From the IMG/VR virus record IMGVR_UViG_2534682157_000018: a DNA stretch of 42,422 nucleotides. The stretch is one strand, 5' to 3'. Below, piece after piece: positions 1-11,611 of this stretch (the first letter of the stretch is position 1; the number at the start of each line of letters is the position of its first letter). The notes beneath the pieces were generated by a model. The model searched no databases and had not been told where the DNA came from. It worked only from the letters and a program-made list of their open reading frames with translations. The stretch comes from a virus (Duplodnaviria > Heunggongvirae > Uroviricota > Caudoviricetes). The position numbers and the translations under genes were made by a program.

Positions 1-2256
<2,256 letters not shown>

Positions 2257-2271
2257 TCATGCTCCATAAAC

Positions 2272-2295
2272 GATAAAACCGCCCGGAGGCGGTTT
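2272..2295 (-). terminator. terminator-like hairpin between I and J
   Basis: Inverted repeat CCGCC-N4-GGCGG flanked by A4/T3; on minus strand the stem is followed by a short U-rich stretch. Weak. Confidence 0.35.
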
Positions 2296-2313
2296 CACAT
2301 AAAACGTTTTTCA

Positions 2314-2961
2314 TCAGCGACCAATCACCACAACCTGACCACCATCCCCTTCGTCTGCCGTGCTGATCTCCTGAGAGACCACCCGCGACCCCACGCGCAT
2401 TTCACCGTACAGAACGGGCAGAACATTGCCCTGGGCAACCATGTTATCCAGTGACGAGAAATACGTGTTCTGTTTGCCGTTATCTGTACTGGCTGCCGTG
2501 GGCGTCCTGGCTTTCGGTGCCAACATCTGCGCCACACCGCCCAGGATCATACTGGCCCCTGCCGCATACATACCCGATACAGCCGTGGCCCCCAGCCAGC
2601 CCACAGGGTTCCACCATGCAACCGCAATCAGCGCCGCCCCCAGCACTGCCTGAAAAATACCGCCACTTTTAGCACCCGCCGGACGCGGTACGATGTGGAT
2701 CACGGCACCATTTTCCAGCGGCTCATTAAGACGGGCAGACAATTCAGTTTCACCTGCATCACGCCCGGCAATGCGTACCTGGTACCAGCCGTCGCTCAGT
2801 TTCTGACGAAATGCCGGGATCTGCATGGCCAGCGCCCGGATGGCTTCGGACCCCGTTTTCACTCGAAGGTCGATGCGGCGGCCAAATCGTTGTAAATCCC
2901 CGTAAAGGCAGATGCGTGCCATGCCCGGTGACGCCAGAGGGAGTGTGTGCGTCGCTGCCAT
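2314..2961 (-). CDS. I: tail assembly protein I
   Basis: ORF-track protein MAATHTLPLASPGMARICLYGDLQRFGRRIDLRVKTG... ending ...ADEGDGGQVVVIGR matches lambda I from memory; position between K and J. Confidence 0.85.
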   Translation of the reverse strand: MAATHTLPLASPGMARICLYGDLQRFGRRIDLRVKTGSEAIRALAMQIPAFRQKLSDGWYQVRIAGRDAGETELSARLNEPLENGAVIHIVPRPAGAKSGGIFQAVLGAALIAVAWWNPVGWLGATAVSGMYAAGASMILGGVAQMLAPKARTPTAASTDNGKQNTYFSSLDNMVAQGNVLPVLYGEMRVGSRVVSQEISTADEGDGGQVVVIGR

Positions 2962-3602
2962 TTGTCGGTGTACCTCTCTCGTTTGCTCAGTTGTTCAGGA
3001 ATATGGTGCAGCAGCTCGCTGTCACCACAGTAAATGGCGGCATGATTCGGCACCGATGAACCAAAACAGCACAGCAGCACATCGCCCGGCTGCGCCGCTG
3101 ACAACGGCACCTGATACAGCCCTGTGGCCTCCAGATTATCCAGATAGAGATTCTGACCGTTACGCCACCAGTTATCCCCGCGATGAAAATCCGGCATCTC
3201 AATTCCCGCCAGATGGTAAGCGTCCCGGAACAGCGTGTAACAGTCCGTCACCCCGTGCTCAAAGCGCCGCCCGGTGAGATGCGGCACACAGCGGAATTTA
3301 TGAATCGCCCCCCGGCAGACCAGCCACCACGGCAAATCACTCTGTACCTGCAGCCGCCGGTCGGCCTCACTCAGCCAGGGCAGACCACCGGGGTGGCTGT
3401 GGACCAGCGCCACAATCTCTCCCTGCATTTCTGCACTCAGCCAGTCCTCCGGCGACATCCGGAAATACGCCTCCGGCTCACCGGAGATATTCACGCAGGG
3501 AAAATATCTTTCCTCCTCCGGCGTTCTCACCACGAAGCCGCACGACTCCGCTGGCGCACATCGCCGGGCGTGCGCCAGAATCGCTGATTCTGTCTCTGTC
3601 AT
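2859..3602 (-). CDS. K: tail assembly protein K (NlpC/P60-JAB type)
   Basis: 247-aa ORF with HSHP motif and a Cys/His region; sits between L and I as in lambda; overlaps I start. Confidence 0.8.
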   Translation of the reverse strand: MTETESAILAHARRCAPAESCGFVVRTPEEERYFPCVNISGEPEAYFRMSPEDWLSAEMQGEIVALVHSHPGGLPWLSEADRRLQVQSDLPWWLVCRGAIHKFRCVPHLTGRRFEHGVTDCYTLFRDAYHLAGIEMPDFHRGDNWWRNGQNLYLDNLEATGLYQVPLSAAQPGDVLLCCFGSSVPNHAAIYCGDSELLHHIPEQLSKRERYTDKWQRRTHSLWRHRAWHASAFTGIYNDLAAASTFE

Positions 3603-3607
3603 GGGAT

Positions 3608-4306
3608 TTACTGCGAAAGTTTGTTAATGGAAAGGAAGCTGCCAAAGTTGCCGACATTATTGCGAAACTTACAGCCACTCAGGCATTTGCTGCATTTATC
3701 CTTCGTGATATCGGACGTCGGCTGGTCATATTCATCCGCGACCGCCGGACCGCTATAACCGCACTCATCGCCGCGATAGGTCCAGGTGCAGGTGTTGGCC
3801 AGCATGATACGTCCCGGAAAAACAGCGCCATCCGTTTCAGTCGGCGTGGACAGTACAAAAGAGGCACTGACCGCGCTCAGTTCGCTGCACTGCTCGATGC
3901 GCCAGCGGCTGATCACCTCCTGCTCCGGATCGGCTTCGCTGTTTCCGTTGACGAAGTTCACCGCATCCAGAAAGCGGGCGTAAACCTTACGCCGGACCAC
4001 CGTTCCGCCGACCAGACTCTGCAGATCTTCCGCCATCCCGGTGATCATGCCGTGCAGGTTAGAGACCGTCAGTGTCGGACGGGCAGCACTGCCCTTGCCG
4101 TTCATCTCAAATCCACTCCCCTGAATGGGATAGGCCTGATACTGCCGACTCTGCCAGGTGACAGACTCACCTTTTTCGTTCTGCTCATTACAGAAAAAGT
4201 AGCGATCCCCGTCTACCTCGGTCAGGTCGATTTCCCAGAGCACCACGCTGGCCGACTGCTCCGCACGAATGCATTCATTCAGCGTTTCCTGTTGTATGTC
4301 CTGCAT
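3608..4306 (-). CDS. L: minor tail protein L
   Basis: 232-aa ORF with C-terminal Cys cluster (CSKCLSGCKF), lambda L-like; synteny M-L-K. Confidence 0.8.
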   Translation of the reverse strand: MQDIQQETLNECIRAEQSASVVLWEIDLTEVDGDRYFFCNEQNEKGESVTWQSRQYQAYPIQGSGFEMNGKGSAARPTLTVSNLHGMITGMAEDLQSLVGGTVVRRKVYARFLDAVNFVNGNSEADPEQEVISRWRIEQCSELSAVSASFVLSTPTETDGAVFPGRIMLANTCTWTYRGDECGYSGPAVADEYDQPTSDITKDKCSKCLSGCKFRNNVGNFGSFLSINKLSQ

Positions 4307-4644
4307 CAGATCACCACTTCGTCAAACTGACACGAAAAATTGGTATAGGTGATATGTTCTGTCGCTGACCACGTTCGACACACCACTCTGATTTTTCTGT
4401 TAATACCCGGCGGGCGCCAAAAAAAAGATTTATAGCCTTCATGCCGGGCTAAAAATTTTTCAAATGAATCACGTTCATTCGCCTCAACTTTGAAATCACA
4501 GGTGAAAACGCGCAGAGAATGATTAAGTCCATTTGGACTTCGTTGCTCATAACCATCGCCAAATCTTACAGTTTTTATCGATGGTTTATTTTCTGTTTTC
4601 ATTCCATCCTCTGGTAACCAGTGAAATTCTTCCGTATTAGCCAC
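4306..4644 (-). CDS. M: minor tail protein M
   Basis: 112-aa ORF containing VRFGDGYEQR and C-terminal FDEVVI resembling lambda M; start may be the internal Met at about 4602. Confidence 0.75.
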   Translation of the reverse strand: MANTEEFHWLPEDGMKTENKPSIKTVRFGDGYEQRSPNGLNHSLRVFTCDFKVEANERDSFEKFLARHEGYKSFFWRPPGINRKIRVVCRTWSATEHITYTNFSCQFDEVVI

Positions 4645-7600
4645 TTAACATTCCCCCATCACGTCGCATATTTAACAGATTGCCCTGCACCCGCTGATCA
4701 ACCATCCCCATAAGTGCTTTTATTGCCTGAGGGCCAATCTCTCCATTCTGGCCGTCATTTTGAATAGTGATTTGGTATACAGGGGCATAGGTAATATCTC
4801 CGCCTCCATTACCACTTTTACTATTAATAGCTCTGACACCAAGAGAACCATCGGAAGTTCGTGTTAATGGCATAATGGCTTCCGGTCCAGCCTCACCAAA
4901 AACACCAGCCCCTCTTGCAAAAGCAAAAAATTGCGGGGAATCATAAATACCGTTCGAATACGTGTTCAATGACGGAGACTCATAAACACCGCCCTTTGCA
5001 TTCGGAATAAATTTACTAATAGCACTCCCGATAGTTCCTAAAATCCCCCCAGAAGAACTGTTACTAATGCTGTCGAAAATCCCAGTAATTGAAGCCTTTA
5101 ATGCTATTCGACTAAGATCCGAAATCACGGAAGTAGCGAAAGAACGAAAATTTGCCTTGCCTGTCGTGACAAAATCACCCAGCGCATCGGTCATTCCATC
5201 AAACATCTGAGTCGTGGTTGATTTTATCTGCTCACTGATATCCTTAGTGTCATCCAGCCAGTTATTGAATCCCTGGGAGGCACCACTAACCCAGTCTCCT
5301 GCCTGAATATCGAGCTGCTCGTTTTTCTGTCTGACAATTTCTTTTTCTCGTTCCAGAGCATCATTCAGAGCCTGCATTTTCTCCTGAAAAACATGATTTG
5401 ACATCCCACGGGATTTATCTGCATAGTCACGTTCAAGTTGCAGACGCTGATTGTTATATTCACGTTCAATCCGCAGTAATTCCTGCTGGCGTTGCTGATT
5501 TTTATCGCCAACCCCATAACCAGCAATCTGAATATCATACCCCTGTTGACGATTATCAATCGAAGCCTGCAATGAATCACGCCATGCAGCTATTTCGGCG
5601 GATTCCTTGATTAGCCTGTTATTTTTTTCAATCGCAACATTTTTCTCCATCAACGCGGTTATTTCTTCCCGGTGTAAGAGAAGCGATTTCTGATCCTGGG
5701 TTAATTTCGATGACGGTCGTGACTCCAGGTCGGCAATCTGCTGACGCCACTTAACCAGTTCCTGTTCAGAGGAACTTAATTTAACGGTTAATTCAGTTTG
5801 TGAACTTAGTAACGCATTCTGTTGATTCAGATGATCAATCATTCGTTGGGCAGCATCATCCGAATAACCTTTCGCCTTTGGTTGCTTTGGATCTTTATAA
5901 CGCTCATTTATTTGAGCGATAAAATTATTATATTCTTCCTTTGAATACTGACTCTTTAGCTTTTCCAGTTTTGCAAGTTCACTAGCTCTCTGCTGCTCCC
6001 GGGTCTGATATTGTTTTGAAAAGGCATCTGCTCTCTGTCTGAGTTCAATTCCTTCCTGTTGTCGCTTGTTGTAATCGTTTATTGATGAATTTAGGACGTC
6101 CTGAGCAATTTTTTCTGCTTGAAGTACGCCCAATTGCTGCTTTAATCGTGCCAGCCTTTTATTTTGAGCTCCGCCATCTCCAATGCCACCTAACCCGAAA
6201 ACTCCGGGTCGGGTATTTTTTCTATTTCATCAATTTGACGGAGAACATCTGAGATTTTTTGATCAAGGGAGGCCTCACGGCCAATGTCCAGCATGGAATC
6301 CCATGCCCATTTTGCGGAGTCTGCGACAGCTTTCCATGCAGTCTCAAGATAACCAAGATTTTCTTTAATCTGGTTGGTGCGCTGGATCATTGAGGATGAG
6401 TATGCTTCTGTCGCAATGCGGGCGGCCTCCTGCTGGTTCCCTTCATCCTGTAGCGCCTTAATCTGGTTATAAGTCGCAATTGTCAGAAAATGGTACTGAT
6501 CATTAAGTTTTGATATGGCACTGACAGGATCCTTTGCAATTTCATTGAAGTCATTAACCAGTTGTTCGGTTGATATTCCTGTTACTTCGCTCGTTTTTAC
6601 TATCGCTGTCGTCACTTGCTCCAGCGAACTGCTCGCTACCTTTCCCGAACGCACAAGCTGGTTTAATACTGCCGCCGCAGCGCCAGTTGTCGAATCAGCC
6701 GCATTCCCGGCACGTTGAGCTATATCGGCCAATTGCCCGCTGGTTGTCCCCAACTGATTTCCGGTAAGAATAAGAGATTTATTAAATTCGTCCTGCTCCT
6801 GAGAGCCTTTATAGTAAGCCAGTCCTAAGACCCCAACGGCTGCTGCGGCCAGGGTAAAAGGATTAATTAATCCCAGCACATAAGAACCTACACCTTTGAT
6901 CGCCGGGCCAATCCCACCGAACATATCTTTTAGCTGGCCGCCCTGCTGCATTAACACCATAAATGGCGACTGACCAGTGGACAACCCAACAACAATATCC
7001 GTCATTTGTGCAGGCAACATGCGCATAGCAAAAGCCGTTTGTTTTGCCGACATTCCGGTTTTGCTTAATTGTGATTGAGTAACCTCAAGCTCACTCCGCA
7101 TAGCACGAAGTTTTCCAGAAAGCTCCTCATACATTTCAGGAGAAAGCATCCCCTTAGCTTTTGCTTCATTGAGCTGTTTCTGTTGTTCTACCAGACGATT
7201 AAAAGCAGTTCCGACAGGATCAAGTTGAGCAATCAGACGTTGCAAAGCAACAACCTGTTCATCATGCGCTTTTGCTGCTTCTCGCTCTGCCTGAGCCTCT
7301 CCGGTAAGCTCTCGCCGTGTTTCCTGTATTTTTCGGCTATAATTCTCAAACTGAGAACCATTTATTTTCCCGGATGCAAACGCAGCATTAAGTTCATCAT
7401 GCTGTTGTTCAAGATTTCTTAGCGCCGCAGCCAGAGGGTCGATCTTGTCCAGCATTCTTTGAAAGGCCTGAGCCTGCGCTTCCTGCTGGGCGGCAGCAAG
7501 TTTTCCGGCCTTCTCGGCTTCTCTCTGCGCTTGCGCAACCCCGCTCAATTCCTCTGTGGTTTCATTAAGTTTACGGACAAGAAATTCATATTCTTCTTTA

Positions 7601-7869
7601 TCAATAAGCCCTTTATCGAAAAATTTCTTTAATTCAGAATAGCGTCGACCGACAGTATCAATTGCGGCACCAACTGGATCAATAGCTGCTTTTAATTTTG
7701 CGAGCGCGTTCTTCTCATCTTCTGTTGCCTTAGTCACTTTCCCTGCGCTATTTGCAGCAGTTTCCCCAGCCTGCGTCATTTTGACTAATGAGGAGGTCAG
7801 ATTGTCAGCATTATTTTTCGCTCCAGTGCTATCAATAATTATTGCGAGACGCGAGGTTTGCTCTGCCAT
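4637..7869 (-). pseudogene. H: tail tape measure protein (lambda H-like), read as two frames: N-part 6190..7869 and C-part 4637..6133+
   Basis: N-part has [10 protein letters not shown] (lambda H has MRMLPAQFTD from memory) and coiled-coil sequence; C-part has GEAGPEAIMPL and ends DGGMLSG. C-part frame is open upstream across the N-part stop, so the two overlap at about 6190-6230 next to a T6 run (6216-6221). Confidence 0.8.
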
Positions 7870-7889
7870 TTATTAAAACTCCTGACAAC

Positions 7890-7914
7890 AAAAAACCCAC
7901 CGCGAAGTGGGTTT
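7890..7914 (-). terminator. intrinsic terminator-like hairpin just upstream of tape measure start
   Basis: On minus strand: CCCAC-loop-GTGGG stem followed by T6, then AGGAG RBS and the tape-measure ATG. Could be an attenuator or mRNA stability element. Confidence 0.45.
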
Positions 7915-8034
7915 CAGGCGACATAATAGTAGATATAGCGATTACGAGGCCACGCAATGCTTTTCTCCAGGAGCATCATCGATTTAATTAAAGACACCAT
8001 CACATCTCTGTAACAGAGTGTACGTAATTAACAA

Positions 8035-8346
8035 CTACACACACTGCTCCTGAAAATACTGGTCATCCAGTGCAAAGATCACTGCTTCAAATTCATCGCG
8101 CTCAATCAATACCGGATGAATGGCTAAATATTCATTTATCTCTGTCAGAGATAAAGGCAAAGGCACCCCAGCCATTCCAGCATAACGTCGGGCACGGGAT
8201 ATTACCGAATAGGCGTACAACAACTCCTTAAGCACCGGGTCTATTTCTGGTTCCGGTATCGGTGGCAACCTGAGTTTTTCTCGCTTCCATCTTGCCTTTT
8301 CCCCCCTTTCTCCCCCGAACTCCGATAACCACCGCTGGGCAGCCAT
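8035..8346 (-). CDS. T: tail assembly chaperone, -1 frame extension (T-like part of G-T fusion)
   Basis: 103-aa ORF overlapping the 3' part of the G-like ORF in the -1 frame; open upstream through the slippery heptamer. Confidence 0.6.
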   Translation of the reverse strand: MAAQRWLSEFGGERGEKARWKREKLRLPPIPEPEIDPVLKELLYAYSVISRARRYAGMAGVPLPLSLTEINEYLAIHPVLIERDEFEAVIFALDDQYFQEQCV

Positions 8347-8804
8347 GGCTTTTTTATCGTATCCTGCTTCTGCTGCTCTTTACCCTGGGCGATGCTGGCT
8401 GCTTCTGCAAGGATCTGCCAGTACAACTCTGGATTCTGCTTAAGCAGCGCGATCCCTCGTTCTGCCGTATATTCCAGTGCAACCTCAACACCATTAACCA
8501 GTTCACCAACCCCTTTCCAGTCTTTCAGCAGATAACGAGCGGCATTATCAATGAGTAAATCATCAACAGAATCCACCTCGGAAACCTTTGAAATATCAAA
8601 CTCCTTCGTTCCGACGTGCAAACTGGCATCCATTTTCTCAATGTGGCGACGGATTAATGCATTACGGGAGCGATACTGATCGTTATCGCTGCTTGCCACC
8701 AACAGTTTTAACCCGTCTACAGGTTTTAAGTCCTTCATTGGCGTAAACCAGCGTTCTCCACCAATGATAATTTTCTGATTAAGAATAAACATCCATAACC
8801 TCAT
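8241..8804 (-). CDS. G: tail assembly chaperone (G-like)
   Basis: Position immediately upstream of tape measure and overlap with a -1 frame ORF; probable start at internal Met (about 8792) with GAGG RBS. Confidence 0.6.
   Translation of the reverse strand: MRLWMFILNQKIIIGGERWFTPMKDLKPVDGLKLLVASSDNDQYRSRNALIRRHIEKMDASLHVGTKEFDISKVSEVDSVDDLLIDNAARYLLKDWKGVGELVNGVEVALEYTAERGIALLKQNPELYWQILAEAASIAQGKEQQKQDTIKKPWLPSGGYRSSGEKGGKRQDGSEKNSGCHRYRNQK
8349..8355 (-). promoter_or_regulatory. programmed -1 ribosomal frameshift slippery heptamer A_AAA_AAG (G to G-T)
   Basis: Minus-strand AAAAAAG in the G frame as A AAA AAG; the T frame is open across it; same heptamer type as dnaX and tail-chaperone shifts. 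Confidence 0.6.
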
Positions 8805-8884
8805 TCAATGCGTCCCCCTGTAGGGCAGTACCACAGGAGGAATAACGGAAAATCAACTAATCGCCTCAGCACTGGCTTTTGCGA

Positions 8885-9814
8885 TCACGGCAGCCGGGGA
8901 ATTTTTTTTCTGGTTATCGTAGGTGCTTCATCTGCTGCGGTAATGCTCAATTGAACCTGGATAATGTCGCTATTACCCCCATCAGGCCATTCACCTGACA
9001 CCTGAACCTTCGGGAAACTGAAAGTGTATGCCCCCTCTCCATTCGAAAGCGTGAAGCTGAACGGAACTGTTTCTCCAGTCAGTGTTTTACTCCAGATTTC
9101 CCACGCGGCTTTAGACCATGAAAGCGTCACCGTACCGGACGGTGTAAAAGTAGTCGGAATATTTGCTCCTGCATAAGGCGAGCCAGTCCCGATACAACGC
9201 TGTGTCTGGAGTTTGTTATCGAACTGAATATCAAAACTGTCGATACAAAAACCGTTACCTCCGGCAACACCATTCAGGCTTACTGCTGAAACCTCCTTAA
9301 ACGAATAACGTAGCTTTCCTGCACTATCCACAGGTTCGCCTTTGATAAAATTCGTATCATCGGCCTTTGATTCCCAGTCCAGTCCGGCAAAGGTTACGGT
9401 CGCTGTAATATCGCCGTCGTTAGGGATCTGCATTTTCCATGAGCCAACCTGCGCTCCTCTGACGACAGAGGCAATTCCGACATCGGACGCATAGGTCGCC
9501 AGAGAAAATGTTATTCGCTCATTCCCCATTGTCAGAGAATCGCCTGACCATTCCGCGCCGAAACAGGATGCAAGAAAATCATCATGTTGACCCCAGCGAA
9601 ATTTGGTACCAACATCACCGCCGACATCCACAGTGCCAGGCGTCGCCCCCTGAGCCATCCGGGAGCCACCAATCTCATTATTTTCGCCTTTATTCTGGGT
9701 GGGTTTTACTCCCCAGCTTGTGCGTTTTAATAAACTCCAGTCACCACTTGCTGGCGTAGTGCCTGCAACCGTCTCCCGGATAAATGCCGAGATAACCTTT
9801 GCACCTGAACTCAC
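8885..9814 (-). CDS. major tail (tube) protein
   Basis: 309-aa ORF directly upstream of the G/GT pair; assignment by synteny only, not lambda V-like by sequence. Confidence 0.55.
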   Translation of the reverse strand: MSSGAKVISAFIRETVAGTTPASGDWSLLKRTSWGVKPTQNKGENNEIGGSRMAQGATPGTVDVGGDVGTKFRWGQHDDFLASCFGAEWSGDSLTMGNERITFSLATYASDVGIASVVRGAQVGSWKMQIPNDGDITATVTFAGLDWESKADDTNFIKGEPVDSAGKLRYSFKEVSAVSLNGVAGGNGFCIDSFDIQFDNKLQTQRCIGTGSPYAGANIPTTFTPSGTVTLSWSKAAWEIWSKTLTGETVPFSFTLSNGEGAYTFSFPKVQVSGEWPDGGNSDIIQVQLSITAADEAPTITRKKIPRLP

Positions 9815-9840
9815 AGGAGCCTCCTATGTCATTAATTGCG

Positions 9841-10233
9841 CTAGAGCGCGCGATATGGAATTTGAAGATTAAGCTGGAACCAGCCATTCTTTTCGCCAAC
9901 GGCTATTGAGGAAACAGCCTGGTAACTGAGACGATCGTCATCCTGAAACTCAAACAGTTCCCGCAATTTATCGGCTGTCTCAGTAATGAGTTTTGAACCA
10001 GAACCTGCGGGGACAAATAACTGAATAATGATTATCCCCGTGCGATAAACAATCGGCCCCGCGCCAATTTCATTAACTCCAGCCTGCCCGGGAATATTAC
10101 TTAACCGCGCCCAGATTAACTTACCGGAAGGATCGAACGTTGGCGCGTTCGGATACAATACGTCTTTTCCATCAATAATCGTCTGTGCCGTCATTCTGGA
10201 AATAACCGTATTTCTGATTTCAGTAAACGTCAT
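9841..10233 (-). CDS. tail terminator / tail completion protein (by position)
   Basis: 130-aa ORF between head-tail joining genes and major tail gene. Confidence 0.4.
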   Translation of the reverse strand: MTFTEIRNTVISRMTAQTIIDGKDVLYPNAPTFDPSGKLIWARLSNIPGQAGVNEIGAGPIVYRTGIIIIQLFVPAGSGSKLITETADKLRELFEFQDDDRLSYQAVSSIAVGEKNGWFQLNLQIPYRAL

Positions 10234-10610
10234 TTGTAAGCCTGTAAAACACCATGAAAAGCGTTGGCATACACGCCAGTTGGCGCTTGTTGTGAATGAC
10301 CGTTTTCAAGAGCCTCTGCATAAGGAAGGTTATTCTGGATATAAATAACTCCGTAATTTGCAGCTTTCGAAATAACCCCGATCCCACGCTGAACAGCAAT
10401 CGTACCGTTCGGATCCACGTTATCAGATATACCAAAATCGGGATGCTGTAACGACACCAGGTTGTTATTTCTGAAACGTCCGGTATCAACCGGAGCAGCA
10501 ATATCAATAGCAGTAAGAATCTGAATAGCGATGTAGCGAATCTTCAGCCCTACATCTTCCTCAATCATCCCGGCAAATATTGACGGTTCTATATCCCATG
10601 CCTTTGCCAT
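10230..10610 (-). CDS. HK97 gp10-like head-tail joining protein
   Basis: 126-aa ORF with DTGRFRNN motif typical of this family from memory; 4-nt overlap with the next gene. Confidence 0.5.
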   Translation of the reverse strand: MAKAWDIEPSIFAGMIEEDVGLKIRYIAIQILTAIDIAAPVDTGRFRNNNLVSLQHPDFGISDNVDPNGTIAVQRGIGVISKAANYGVIYIQNNLPYAEALENGHSQQAPTGVYANAFHGVLQAYK

Positions 10611-10994
10611 TTACGCTCTCCTTAACTGGATAGAGTAAACTGATGCGGAAGGATCTACACTTGCTGTAATTACCTCGTATCGTTGTAACTGCCTTGATAC
10701 AGGATCATAAATCTCAATAATATGGTCGACAGCTGGTTTATCCGTAACCTCGCATACCAGAGCGGTTAATTTAAGGTCACCATGCAAAATATTAATCCCA
10801 TCAATTCTGCCCAGCTTATAACGTGTCAACACGCCTCGCCCGGTATAGATTGCGGTGGATTCGCCGCCAGTTTCCGTCACAGGATCCCAGTGCCGGTGCG
10901 TAACGTAAGAACCAGAAAAATCACTCACGGCGTCCGCTAAATCCTCATCAAAAGCAGCGGCAACCTCTGACTGAATCTCTTCACGAAGCCCCAT
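10611..10994 (-). CDS. head-tail adaptor / head closure protein (by position)
   Basis: 127-aa ORF in the head-tail joining block. Confidence 0.45.
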   Translation of the reverse strand: MGLREEIQSEVAAAFDEDLADAVSDFSGSYVTHRHWDPVTETGGESTAIYTGRGVLTRYKLGRIDGINILHGDLKLTALVCEVTDKPAVDHIIEIYDPVSRQLQRYEVITASVDPSASVYSIQLRRA

Positions 10995-11389
10995 TATCCC
11001 CCCCTCACAACCCTGACTTGTGAGCGACTAAGTCCGTACGGTTTCAGCAGTGCTATCGCAAGCTGTAAATCGGGTTCAAGCAATGCAGTGCTGTTTGCTG
11101 GCAACTCAGAAAATGATTTCGATACACTGACCCCGTCAGCCGACACGGCTTTACTGATAACAACGCCAGAATCATTTTTCTGCTGAAACAACTTACCGAA
11201 TGAGGCAATTCTGGCTGCATATGCTCCCGCAAGTTTTACCTCTTCCGGAATACGGGATGGGTTAATTTTCAGGTTGAAGCCATTAAGCCAGGCATTAGCC
11301 ATTAAAACAGCTTTATTTTTAGCGTTCTCACTCGTCCAGGCGTTCCCAAACGCATTATCAACGTCATCACAGGTCACGTAAGTGATCAT
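10994..11389 (-). CDS. head-tail connector (gp6-like) protein
   Basis: 131-aa ORF following the capsid region; synteny. Confidence 0.45.
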   Translation of the reverse strand: MITYVTCDDVDNAFGNAWTSENAKNKAVLMANAWLNGFNLKINPSRIPEEVKLAGAYAARIASFGKLFQQKNDSGVVISKAVSADGVSVSKSFSELPANSTALLEPDLQLAIALLKPYGLSRSQVRVVRGG

Positions 11390-11392
11390 GTG

Positions 11393-11569
11393 TTACTCCT
11401 GAGTTTTCCAGCCCATAGCCTTCCAGTTGTCAACTTCATCAGGATGAACATTAGCGATAGTTGGTGCGCCGGGAAACATCTGATAATCGGTCACCATAAC
11501 CACTAACTCAATTTGCGTTTTTTGTGCGGCTTCACGCTGTGCTCTTTGCTCTTTAGTTAATCCGGCCAT
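11393..11569 (-). CDS. small hypothetical protein (58 aa) between capsid gene and head-tail genes
   Basis: ATG preceded by a G-rich RBS; translation MAGLTKEQRAQREAAQKTQIELVVMVTDYQ...; below ORF-track size cutoff. Confidence 0.3.
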   Translation of the reverse strand: MAGLTKEQRAQREAAQKTQIELVVMVTDYQMFPGAPTIANVHPDEVDNWKAMGWKTQE

Positions 11570-11580
11570 ATGCCCCCCAT

Positions 11581-11603
11581 TAAAAATGGGGCCGAAGCCC
11601 CGT
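11581..11603 (-). terminator. intrinsic terminator downstream of major capsid gene
   Basis: On minus strand: GGGGC-TTCG-GCCCC stem-loop followed by AUUUUUA, about 10 nt after the capsid stop. Confidence 0.55.
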
Positions 11604-11611
11604 TTGAATGT

